From Lobosporangium transversale (lineage: Eukaryota): DNA of 40,226 nt. Every line of letters starts with the position of its first letter. Within the stretch, counting starts at the first letter, position 1. The position numbers were made by a program, and so were the translations under genes. Positions 20,640 through 30,948 of the stretch are shown here, piece after piece. The notes below the pieces were generated by a model. That model was given only the letters and a program-made list of their open reading frames with translations, was not told where the DNA came from and searched no databases. The stretch lies in the NCBI RefSeq assembly GCF_002105155.1, contig NW_019029078.1:1-40226 (forward strand), written 5' to 3'.

Positions 20640-22137
20640 TACTTACCTCCATCCTTTTAGCACATCTAGCAACATTTACTATTTTTCATTCCTTCTTTCC
20701 CTGCCAGAAGAAAAACAAAACACCTTTCCGACCCCTTTTCCCTTTTTCTAGAGGCATGTTACCGAATCTCTATACTGCTTTAGAATGGTTGTCATTTGAG
20801 ACTTTAAAAGATCGATTGATTGCATGCTCAAGCCTTTGTCTCTGACAGCAATAGTATCAAGGTAAACTGCTAGGTGGCAATCGTGCGCGTTGTTACCTTA
20901 CCAATCGCACCAGCCCTCTAGAATCAACCCCTCCAAAAGGAGAGCACAATGTGAAGCTGTATTCTCCAAGGCCTGTGGAAATTGGTGGACTTTTGAAAGG
21001 ATGGAATCAACAATTGCCTTAGGAAATCTGCAGGCACGAAATACCTCTTATATGTCCATATCCTTTTTTCAAGATGAGTTTTGTAAATACAAGTTTTGGT
21101 TCCGTAATGAGCCTATATCAATTTCAAAAAAGAACAAGTTGGACTTTGTGGTATGATATACATTTTTTTAAAATAAAACTACAACATGTGTCCACACCCA
21201 AACAAATATCATCCTATCATTGCTGTGCATTGACCACATGACGCTCTCAAGAATCTAAACTCAGTAATACAGTGCAACCTTATCAGGATTAGGAAATACA
21301 GCCAAGATGGAGTGGTTGACTGCATGATGTATGTCGTTTGGACCTCTTACTCTAAATGGACCAACGCAATTGCTGTAATGAGTATAAATTGTTTGAGAAA
21401 AATGTGCCACCAATAAGGGGGGGTTTTTTTTTCCCTTACTTTATTTTACTTACCAATGCTTTTTCATCTTTTGCATCCCGTAGAGATGGTTCTATACTTC
21501 TTTCTTGGAAGCAATGTACATATTTAAACTGCAAGTCTCCACAATATGGCCCATCAAATTATTGTATTCACCTTCGTTAAGGGATGCGTGAAAAGTGCCG
21601 CTCTATGCTGGCTTGGTAATCAAAGCACTGTGAGCAATTCGTTCCATGTAGAGGATCCATGACCTACTCTAAAAGATGCTGGCTCTTAGTCCCAATGCGG
21701 TGTCTATCAAATATTTTTTTCTCTTTTAATGTTGTAGCTTTTGGCCTTCTTAAAATATTCGATCAAAAGTCATAAGAAGGAGGACCCTATATATTGCGGG
21801 CGCATTTAGTCTTGTAGATAATATATTTTTATTTTTATTTTTATTTTCACTTTTTTTATTTTGTGATCCAGTGGATGTGATCATATTACAAAGCTCTTCA
21901 TAGCATTACAATGACTAAAGTCGGGTATTTTTCTTTATAGTTCTCACAAAATACAACATCGTCTCTCTTAACGAGACAAAAAGTAGTTCATAATATTTTA
22001 AGCTTTATTTCTGGTCTTATTTTCTATAGAATCAAAGGAGCTCCATCATACCGATCACTTGTGGATTTAAGTTATCCCTGTACATAGCCAGTATCATCTC
22101 TGAGTTTATTTCAAGGTTGGCTTTCTTGACCTTAATC

Positions 22138-22525
22138 TTAAGGGCAGCTGTTTGTCAATCTGCAACCAATGCTGGCTTCCTCAACCGAGTCGGCTTCCTT
22201 GACATTAGCAGGGCAGCTGTTTGTCAGTCTGCAACCAATGCTGGCTTCCTCAACCGAGTCGGCTTCCTTGACATTAGCAGGGCAGCTGTTTGTCAGTCTG
22301 CAACCAATGCTGGCTTCCTCAACCGAGTCACCGATTGGGATCTTGATTGGGCCAGCTATAAGATTAAATGGAAGGTGATAATGAGGTAAATGTTTAGTAT
22401 ATTTTAATAATATATAACTCGTAAACATGCATATGCATATGAACAGGTGTAAAGATCTTACCTTCGGCGGACATGACCAAGGCGGCAGCAACTACGGAAA
22501 GGGCGGCGGCGATTGAGAACTTCAT
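22138..22525 (-). CDS. Secreted repeat-peptide precursor, 93 aa: MKFSIAAALSVVAAALVMSAEA-GPIKIPIG-DSVEEASIGCRLTNSCP-(ANVKEADSVEEASIGCRLTNSCP)x2; exons 22525-22462 and 22355-22138
   Basis: ATG at 22525. Phase-1 intron 22356-22461 (GTAAGA...CTTATAG) restores the frame: 64+218=282 nt including TAA. MKF plus a hydrophobic stretch plus an A-E-A signal peptidase motif. TATAAAA lies ~95 nt upstream. Confidence 0.9.
22141..22329. repeat. 69-bp coding tandem repeat, 2.7 copies
   Basis: Units start at 22141, 22210 and 22279 and are identical except one synonymous change (Leu TTG/CTG at 22158). Confidence 0.97.
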
Positions 22526-22616
22526 GATGTGGAATGGATGGTGGATAGTAAAGTAGCTTTTTTAGTGTTGTAAGGTACTTGAGGATAAGGAAAAGGAAAG
22601 GTGTAGGAGTGTCTGC

Positions 22617-22625
22617 TTTTTTATA
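22617..22625 (-). promoter_or_regulatory. Putative TATA box of the peptide-precursor gene
   Basis: TATAAAAAA on the minus strand, 92-100 nt upstream of the ATG. Confidence 0.55.
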
Positions 22626-23236
22626 AAAAAAAAAAAAAAAAAAGCAAAAAAAAAAATTTACCTGTATATGATAGCGGAATACCTAACATATCTTGAAACA
22701 TCAAGCAACCTATAGCTATAAGTCAAAGATGCTTTTCTGTTTGACTATTCTTATCCTATCTCAGTTACATCAGGGGCTGAATCACTCGTCTAATGAAGTG
22801 AGACTTGAGATAGCCATCAGAACGTCTGATCCACACATCTAAGACAATTTTCGAAATTTCCATATGACATGCCTGTGAGACAGCCAATCACACAAGTCTT
22901 GTCGTCATAGTTGACAACATACAGCTTCATGTAGCCGAAAAGGCATAATGCAGATGTAGGATAGTTGGGGTAGTTGTGCAGAAGGCTGTGTCCGTGTATT
23001 GCTGTTGCGATACTCAGTCAGGGTCTAGTTGCTCATACTTTGGAGGCACAAAATCAATGTGATGATATCTTTTCCTTGGGACTCTTTATTTTCTTACCCC
23101 TCTATAGCCAAATGATCTGTCTTCGCCTGTTCATACTATACAGCAGAACGGCAATAGCGTATACTGTCCTTATCCAGTAATTGCTAGATTAGGTTAGGTT
23201 GTTTAGGTTGTTTCCCATGATGAACCAGTTTAATCA

Positions 23237-23292
23237 AATCTTCTGTTTGACTTAAGAATCTCCTGTTTGACATTGGAAATCTCTTGTTTGAC
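23237..23292. repeat. Three copies of AATCTYYTGTTTGAC at 20-21 bp spacing
   Basis: Copies at 23237, 23257 and 23278; a fourth CTGTTTGAC at 22737-22745. Confidence 0.75.
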
Positions 23293-23809
23293 ATGTCAGA
23301 ACCTTATCGAAACATCTTGCCCGATATTTTACTTTTCTTCTATTCGCTCTGACTTTGATCCGCCTGTTAACATATTGACAGCCCGATACAGCACAATCGC
23401 CGTTGTACCGAAATGCTCAAAAAGTGAGACATTCTATTTTGTGTAAGTTGGGGTCAATATAGAAAACTCGATATAGTTAGAGATACAATTATCTGGAGCT
23501 GAAACATCGGTATAGACCCGACTCCATCCTTAATCAAGAGAGAAACATTATGGGGTGCTCAGAGTGTCCTTTGTTATCGCTGGAAGGTATAATAATATCA
23601 TCTACGTACACCTTAACGTAATGAAGGCCTCCAAGCGAAGATACTAATCATAGGTTTGGGTATGAGCAACGTTGTATTGTGTTTGAATGCAATGTGGCTT
23701 CCTCTGGAGGAGATCTATGGTGTGCTTGAAGTTGATTGTAGTAAAATACCTGTAGCCTGTCTACTTGCGTGTAGAACCTATCCTCGAAGAGCGCGTTCAT
23801 GGCAGCAGC

Positions 23810-24060
23810 AAACACCAGCCAGGAATTTCGTTGTGCTGTGGGAGAGGTCAAATAGAAACCCCTCATCGAGAGCATATTCCACGCTTGGTAGAGCTTCTTG
23901 GAGAGTGACAGAAGCTCAAACATGTCGGTGTTTATCTTCCCCAAGATGCTTTCAGCCATGGTTATCTCTACACTGCTTTGTCTCGATGTATAAACCCAAA
24001 TAATCTAAAGGTACTTGTCATAAACGGCAACTGTTTTTTACCAAGAACACGGATAGAGCC
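23810..24060 (+). pseudogene. Heavily deleted Helitron coding remnant (N-terminal Cys motif joined to helicase motifs V/VI)
   Basis: EFSLCCGRGQIE at ~23823-23860, then QKLKHVGVYLPQDAFSHGYLYTALSRC..PNNLKVLV at ~23909-24020 (PIF1 C-terminus). Confidence 0.75.
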
Positions 24061-24318
24061 AAAACGTGATTTATTGTTCCTTAATTTACATAGTTTAATT
24101 TGACCATATGACACGGCCCTTATTTTGAAACTCTAATCGAGCCTGAAAAAAAAGTCGCGTCTACGATGCACTGCAGATCTAAAATGTAAACCTGTTCACT
24201 TTGTTTTACTGTCCTACTTTCTCAGCACACCTAAATCTGCCTCCATTTTCCCTGGACCTTTTTTTTCATTGCTTTCGTCTATTTTATCAGTTTTTTTTAA
24301 AAAAGAAAAAAAAAAATC

Positions 24319-25926
24319 ATGCCTGCCACACGTTCCACACGTTCGTCATCTGTTGCACCTCCTACAACTCAGTTGCCTACCAAGCGCTCTCGCTCTATCT
24401 ATGGCGGCTCGAACCACTCGAAAGCTGTTTCTTCTCTGGTCCGCTGGATTTGTGGACTCGCTTTGCAAGGGATCTGTCAGAAGACTTTCTTAATACATGT
24501 AGAGGGCTCTTGGAAGAGACAACTACTATCGCTGAAGATAGCGCAGAGGAACAAGCTAAGGGCTCGGCACTTTATGATCTGAATGAAGTACTGAAGGAGC
24601 TTGGATCCTGCCTGGCTAACTTTCCAGAGATGACCCAAGAGCTTGAAAATGCCCTGCAGAGGGAAGATCAGGTTGGTGACACGCAGTAGCAATGGGAATT
24701 TGAACAAGAGGCGCTCAACAACGTGGTGCACTTGAACTTGGACCAGAGAATCGCCTTAAAACACATCATCAAAGCAGCCAAGGGTGAGGTTCATAAGAGG
24801 CTTTTTTTCATTGATGGCCCAGGAGGAACAGGCAAATCATTGTTATACAGCACACTCATTGGCTGTCTCACTGGTCGACATAAACTAAGTGTGATTGCTG
24901 TTGCACCATCAGGGATTGCCTTTCTCATTCTTCATAATGACCATACAGCCCACTCTATGTTCAAGATACCGATCCCTTTTGACTGTCGCTCCACCTTCAA
25001 TCTTAGTATGCGGCGAGATGAGAATATGCAATGCTGGCGTCTTCTGGGACGAGACTCCTTTACAGTACAGGCATTGCTTTGAGGCTGTCGACAGGCTACT
25101 TCGGGATATTATGGGACAGGATACTCCATTCAGTGGTAAGGTGTTTGTATTTGGAGGCGACTTCAGAAAGGTACTTCTGGTTGTCATCCGTGGGACCCAG
25201 GCTCAGATTGAGGATGCTTCACTAAAAAGATCTTATATAGGCCTTCAGTGGCGGCATTCAGACTGAGCAAGAATATGCGGGTTAACAGCCATCCTGAGAA
25301 TCAAACAGGTTGCGATTATCAAAGAGCTATATCAAGGAGAGCGTATATTCATTCCTCACATACCGCTTACAGCGATTGATGACCATTCTTCCCCAATCAT
25401 GCTCTGCAGACGCTAGTTTCCAGTCAAGCCAGCCTTCGCCATGGCTTTCAACAAGTCTCAAGGACAGACACTTAAACACGGTGTTTATCTTCCTCAAGAT
25501 GTCTTCAGTCATGGCCATCCCTATGTTGCTTTATCATGATGTACTGGCCCAAACAATCTTAAGGTACTGATAGGGGACGGGAAGATAGAAGGCAAGCCTG
25601 GGATATACACCCGGAACATAGTCTTCAAAGGTGCTTTGTAGACACCATATCTTTTGATCTTCAGGTATTCTGTCGCTTATTCATCTCCAGTTTGTTCACG
25701 CCAGCCTCCAACTCACCTCTGCCGTTACTCCATCTGACGTTATTCTGCCAGATGCTCCCCTCTTGGTTGTAACATTTTTTTTTTGTATTTTATTTTGTAT
25801 CTTATTTTGTATCTTATTTTGAACTACAATAAAGACAACCTTTTATGTCGTTCTCACGAGGCAAAGCATTAAATTTTTTAATAAGGCACAAGGGCAGGCT
25901 GTGGCGAAGCCACGGTCTCTAGCTCG
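24319..25926 (+). mobile_element. Decayed Helitron with a PIF1-helicase pseudogene and 3' hairpin terminus
   Basis: LSEDF...LYDLNEVL; FFIDGPGGTGKS (Walker A); AVAPSGIA...TAHSMFKIP; PFSGKVFVFGGDFR; VFSHG.PYVALS; TRNIVFK. Hairpin at 25899-25915 and terminus ...GCTCG|T at 25926. The 5' boundary was not determined. Confidence 0.9.
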
Positions 25927-25959
25927 TTTTAATATAAGAAAAGAAGATATTAAAGTACT

Positions 25960-26537
25960 AGTCTTTTGACGATGAAGGTCCTCAACTTGTTTCTTCAGTT
26001 CCTGGATCATGTTTTCTTGATCTGCCACCTGCTTTTGAAGTTGTAAAACTTGAATGGAGGTTTCTTGTACTGTATTGGTGTTGGTGCTACTTTCTTCAAC
26101 TTTTCTTTTTTTTTGACTTATGCTTGAGAGGAGCAGGGATGCTGAATGGAAGAGGAAATTTGATGGGTCCTGACGGAACTTTACTATTAATGGTTGGCAT
26201 CATTTGTTTCAGATAATCACAGTCTTTAAAGTGCCTCGATACGGATGCTCGGTCTCGAAAGAAATTAGAACACACAAATATAGTTGTAATCGGCCTGTGA
26301 ATCTCGATGTACCTCCAATAAACGATCGATACCGATATCTGGTTTGCGATAATTAAAGGTGGTTGAACAGTCTTTATGATAACGACCATAGTGGTGTTTC
26401 GATGATATATCAAGTTTCTTGTATGCCACATTCGAATCGTCTTTTAGCTCTCGCGACCTGATCTTAGAGAGAGGTAATAATTTTTCGCAATTGTTGTAGT
26501 GGCAGCCTTCAGGAACCGCCTCTTCAGAATGATTCAT
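25960..26537 (-). pseudogene. Frameshifted zinc-finger/coiled-coil gene remnant
   Basis: ATG 26537 MNHSEEAVPEGCHYNNC...HYGRYH...YIC, frameshift, CSNFFRDRASVSRHFKDC..., frameshift in poly-A, LQKQVADQENMIQELKKQVEDL. Confidence 0.55.
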
Positions 26538-27375
26538 GTTTTTGATTAGAGTTGATGTTAAGTGATTGTTTAATGGTTCAATGAAAGAGATGAAAGTTGA
26601 TGCAAAAGTAAAGTCTGTCTTTTGAAATGATCTGTTTAATGTTGGGCTGTTTTTTTGACCGCAACAATTCATGCATCCTTTTTTGCATCTCAATCTCTCA
26701 TACAATTGCGGTGTACATGACTCATTTGCATAAATTTTTGTGCCGCAAACCAACATGTTTTTTGCGTCGTAAACAATCCATATTTGAGACGCCATTACAT
26801 TTCGATCACGTCATCCAGGACACATAAATAGATGCAGTTTAAAAACAAGCCCTCTCTGATTCATTCAATCCCATCATCTTCTTTAATCCTCATCATGTTT
26901 GTTCTAAACGATAAGTATTACTTTATTGATTCAATTATAATCTTGTTCCATCGTTGTGCTGGAAGAATGAAAAGCTTGTTCAATAGGGACCGGTGCTTTT
27001 GTCATTTCATTCGAATTGATCAAAAGCTGTATGTTGCGATCCGATGAGTGAGGCAACAAAGAACATTCTTCTAAAAGCACGATATCAGTGAAAAGCTAAT
27101 TCCACGAGGGATTGGTGTTCTCTGTGCATCCTTTTTGCTCCTGCGAAGGCAATGTAAAGAGAACTAAGGTGGCTTTGTGAAAGCATTGCGCCGAAAAACA
27201 CTGAGAGATGGACACAACGGTTTTGTCTTAATTCTATTGTTATGTTATATACATACACTAACCTAAAATATAAATCGTCGATGATGAATCAAACTTTAAG
27301 AGCACAATTCAATGAATCCCTCTTGATTATATTGAGTGGTCTTGTTAGTCTGAGACGAATTTATTTAAATAAATA

Positions 27376-27495
27376 CGAGCCGGAGACCGTGGCTTCGCCA
27401 CGGTCGGCTCTTGCCTCGTTAGAAAATTTAATGCTTAGCCTCGTAAGAACAAAAAGAAACATTGTCTACAGCAGCAAAAGGTTTATATTTTGACA
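27376..27495 (-). mobile_element. Helitron 3' terminus on the minus strand, interrupted at 27495 by another Helitron
   Basis: Hairpin 27387-27403 with terminus CTCG|T at 27376/27375. Nearly identical to the reverse complement of ~30798-30854 and similar to ~25830-25926. Confidence 0.8.
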
Positions 27496-30400
27496 TCCTA
27501 TATATTAAAACGAAAGGGTGTCTGCACGTGCCGAAATGTGACTGCATGAAGGCAAAGTGACTGCTACAGAGAGTGGCTTTGGCCCCAATATGGCTCCCTG
27601 GGTGGAAATAAAGAGGTATCTTATTTGTAAATGAAAAGAGAAAATAAAGGGTAGTGCTCTCTTCATTGCAAATGTCGACACCAAAAAATTTTTGCTCAAA
27701 AAAATTTGACCTCTACTCTGAGTACGGTATACCATACACACTATTAAAGGTCATGTCAACAATATACGATGCGAGAGTATATACATATTATGGGCCTGAA
27801 CTCTTAGCGTACTTTACCACTCTACACCTTCTTCTATCACATTCCTTGCTTTCACACACTTTACCTTCACATATCTTTCACTCTTCATTTGAAAAGAAAA
27901 AAAAAAGATATGTCCCATACGTTCATCTGTCAGACCTTCGCCACCTGCCAAATGGGTCATCAAAGCATGGCAAGTCCGGTGAGACGGAGGTTTGAAGAGA
28001 GCTTACAAGGAGGAGAACAGGTGAAGGAATATGACTGGGCTTATAGGCCAATCGGCTCTGCCCTGCTTGCATTGCTTGAATAGGAGATGGAAAAAGGGGA
28101 AGAAAGGAAAAATGAGGTAGAAAGGTTTAAGACTGCAGCTGAACTTCGATGTAGTGCTTGCTTGACGTAGGTTGCTCTTGCAGCAAGGATGTGTTTGTCC
28201 TATTCTAAGGATAGCCAAGCTCAAGTCCTTGGTCTAACGGCACTCACTCCACCGAGTTGATCTCCAGCAGCCGTCCCGCATACCTCCACATGAACAACTG
28301 TTCGCTCTCTTTCAATCCCACAATCTCCCTCACAAAAAGAGGACAAGGGACCTACGTACCATACTGATGCATTGTCTATAATAGAGGTAGCTAAATAGCC
28401 AAGTAATGATCATAAAAGAGTACCTCCTACACTACAAAAGTAATGCTAGAAAGCCTATCTAAAACTATGGGAATGATAATTTACATTACGTAGTTCTTCT
28501 GCGAGGAACAATCTAGTGTAACAGTTAAATTCTAGCATTTTCGCTTGCATACCCGCCAATGCTAAAATGCTAACTTTATTTTTGTTATTGCATTAGGTGA
28601 GGAGAATATCGGTTTATTTCCGAAGGGACTACATATAATTCACGTTTATCCACTGTTCTCTACTTTCGCCACTATTACATTTATTTTTATTTTATTTTAT
28701 TTTTGGATTTTATTATCTATATTAGTTAAAGATCCCTCTCAATGCTACGCCTTATGGCATGTAGCCTGTGCAGCAGCGACAGACATGGCAAGAGACTATG
28801 CCCTCAGAATGTAAGGAATGTAGTAAGGCCTTCTTATCTTTTTGTTTTTATGTTTTTGGAATATATAAACATTAATAGTATTTTCCCAACTGATAAAGAC
28901 AGAACGATTTTTCCCAATCGCCTCGCTCCCCCTTCCATTCCACGTCTGTATGTGGGTGCAGTCGTCCAGGCCATGTGCGCAGCTCATACCCAAATAATTA
29001 AGAGTGTGATTTCGGTATTTAACAATCGTAGAAAACTTTTTTTTTTATTTTATTTTATTTTATTTTTGACATGGTAGTGGTTGGTGCATGCTGAGCTTAA
29101 GCTTATATACCTTCTATAACTTGAATAACGCTGCCAGCAACGATGTGCAGAATATTGGGTCAATTCGGAGGCAAAGGTTCCTATTTTATATTCATTAGAT
29201 TTTGTCATTCTTTTTTTAACCCTCCATCATTATTACTTACCTGCAGGGCGAGCACCGTCAACCAGCTCCTACAGTGTATAAATGCAGTATCTGCAGTTGC
29301 CTAGGAGTAGATATAGACCATGCTCAAGTAATAAAGGGTGAGTTTGATTTTCAACGGTTGGATTTTTTCGTCTCAGCAATAGACTATTAATCCTTAGCTT
29401 TTTCCTTTTTACTGCTTGCTTTAATAGCGTTGTTAGTAACTCAGTGCAAAATGGCGCTAGGCCTGTGTGCACACGAAGTATTGTTTTGGAGATGGTGGAG
29501 ATGAAAATGAAAGACCCGTGCAAAGACAAGGGTGTGCTACTTTTTGTTCGGTTTTTTATTGGCTTATTATACTGTATTATACATTGCGTGTACTTAATCT
29601 TACACAATTACCATTTACCATTTACCATCGACCTTCAGAATACACGAGCGTAAAGGTGATCCTTCTGTTGAGGATGCTCCTTCTACCGAAGATAATTCCT
29701 CTGTCGAAGACAACTTTCTACCACCCGCTAGAAAAAGGTTTCACCAAGATTTCGTTTCGGGTTCCAATATTATGCAATATAGGTACCGGTCAGTTGCCAT
29801 TATTGCGGTGCCTTCATGTTTATTGAAGAATGTGTGTGCAACGCAGTAGTAAAAGCCGGCCAGAATTTCCTTTATGCTGTGGGAGAGGTCAAGTGGATAT
29901 TCCTCCACTTAGCCTTGGTTTAACTTCTTGATGGGCAGAGCCGCAAGGTAAGTTATTCCGTTAACACATATAAGCATATAACTGCGCTCTTTCGTTCACG
30001 TTCGTGGAAGTGAACCTTGATAAAGACCTTGCGAACAACCTACATGAAGTGTACACGTTTCGTACCATTGGAAGGGTTAGTACTCTGATTGATCCTATGA
30101 CGCCAACTGAAGGCGCTGCCTCTCTGTTCCTGCAGGCTCATGCTCACATTCATGACCCTGCTCAGCAAGCAAGACTCCGTAATAACCATTTCGGGGATTC
30201 CTTGATGAAGGCCTGTTGCAGTAACCACAGCAGCTCCTTGAACTACACTACCCGATAGCCCATACGCTCAAAGATGTCAGAGAATGTGCGCACGAGGATA
30301 TCATGCGGCTGAAGGTCGTCATCCGTGCTGGGCCTCAGCATGAGGGGAGAGGGCAAAGGCGAATGCAGTACAGGCCATCTCATCAACTGGAATCGTGCTA

Positions 30401-30850
30401 TTGATGGCTGGCGCCAGTAGTAAGGTTTCTCAGCAAGGCATCATAATTGAAAGCAGAGCCAGTGGTTTGAAAAAAACCAGTGAGGTTCATCAAGCTGAAG
30501 GCGGATGCATATATCGGTACAATGGGTGCAATTGAGCTAAATCTCAGACCTGAGCTATAGTTGCGGAACATTGTCTCCAAGGAATGGTTTGTAAATAAGC
30601 ATCCTCTCATTTACTACCGTATCTTCTAGATATTCTTCCTTATTTTGTATTTTATTTTTTGTTTATTTTACTGCTGTATACAATTTACCGGATTTTGCTT
30701 TATTGTATTTCTATATAGTTTGTAGTTTTTAAAATGGTAAAAAAGATCCCGGTCAATAAAAATGTTATAGATGGTAACGCTTTATTTTGTCTTCATAAAA
30801 TTTCTAACGAGGCAAGAGCCGGCCGTGGCGAAGCCACGGTCTCCGGCTCG
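27496..30850 (+). mobile_element. Non-autonomous Helitron with both termini (A|TC...hairpin-CTCG|T), 3355 bp
   Basis: 5' end A|TCCTATATATTAAAA at 27495/27496. Degenerate Rep N-terminus CHYCGAFMFIEE...FPLCCGRGQVDIPPL and YNCALSFT...YTFRTIGRVSTLIDPMTP...LQAHAHIHD at ~29795-30160. Hairpin 30823-30839 followed by T at 30851. Confidence 0.82.
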
Positions 30851-30948
30851 TATTACTTATAAAATTGCTGTTTAATTTGTCAACAGGCGCACAATACCAG
30901 TGGCGATCTTTTTGTTTTCCTCAGAGACCTTGCTTCCCAATATTGTGG

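Noticed and set aside
20640..21600. Host gene interrupted by the DIRS (GTAAGT donor-like site on the minus strand at ~20641-20646)
   Set aside because: Flanking frames contain multiple stops and no recognisable domain, so a gene model cannot be supported.
22141..22175. Core CRLTNSCP as an oxytocin/vasopressin or calcitonin homologue
   Set aside because: Only superficial: the ring is C-x5-C rather than the C-x4-C of oxytocin, and there is no Gly-Lys-Arg amidation signal or neurophysin domain.
22141..22329. 69-bp repeats as a CRISPR array
   Set aside because: No unique spacers; the unit is a multiple of 3, lies in a spliced eukaryotic CDS, and there are no cas genes.
22117..22491. ORF-track calls 22138..22491(-), 22117..22389(+) and 22169..22378(+)
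   Set aside because: The minus call reads through the intron from a non-ATG start. The plus-strand ORFs are antisense shadows kept open by the repeat.
27372..30854. A 3.5-kb TIR transposon bounded by ~55-bp inverted repeats
   Set aside because: Better explained as two Helitron 3' ends in opposite orientation: the same end occurs unpaired at 25926 and a separate TC start exists at 27496.
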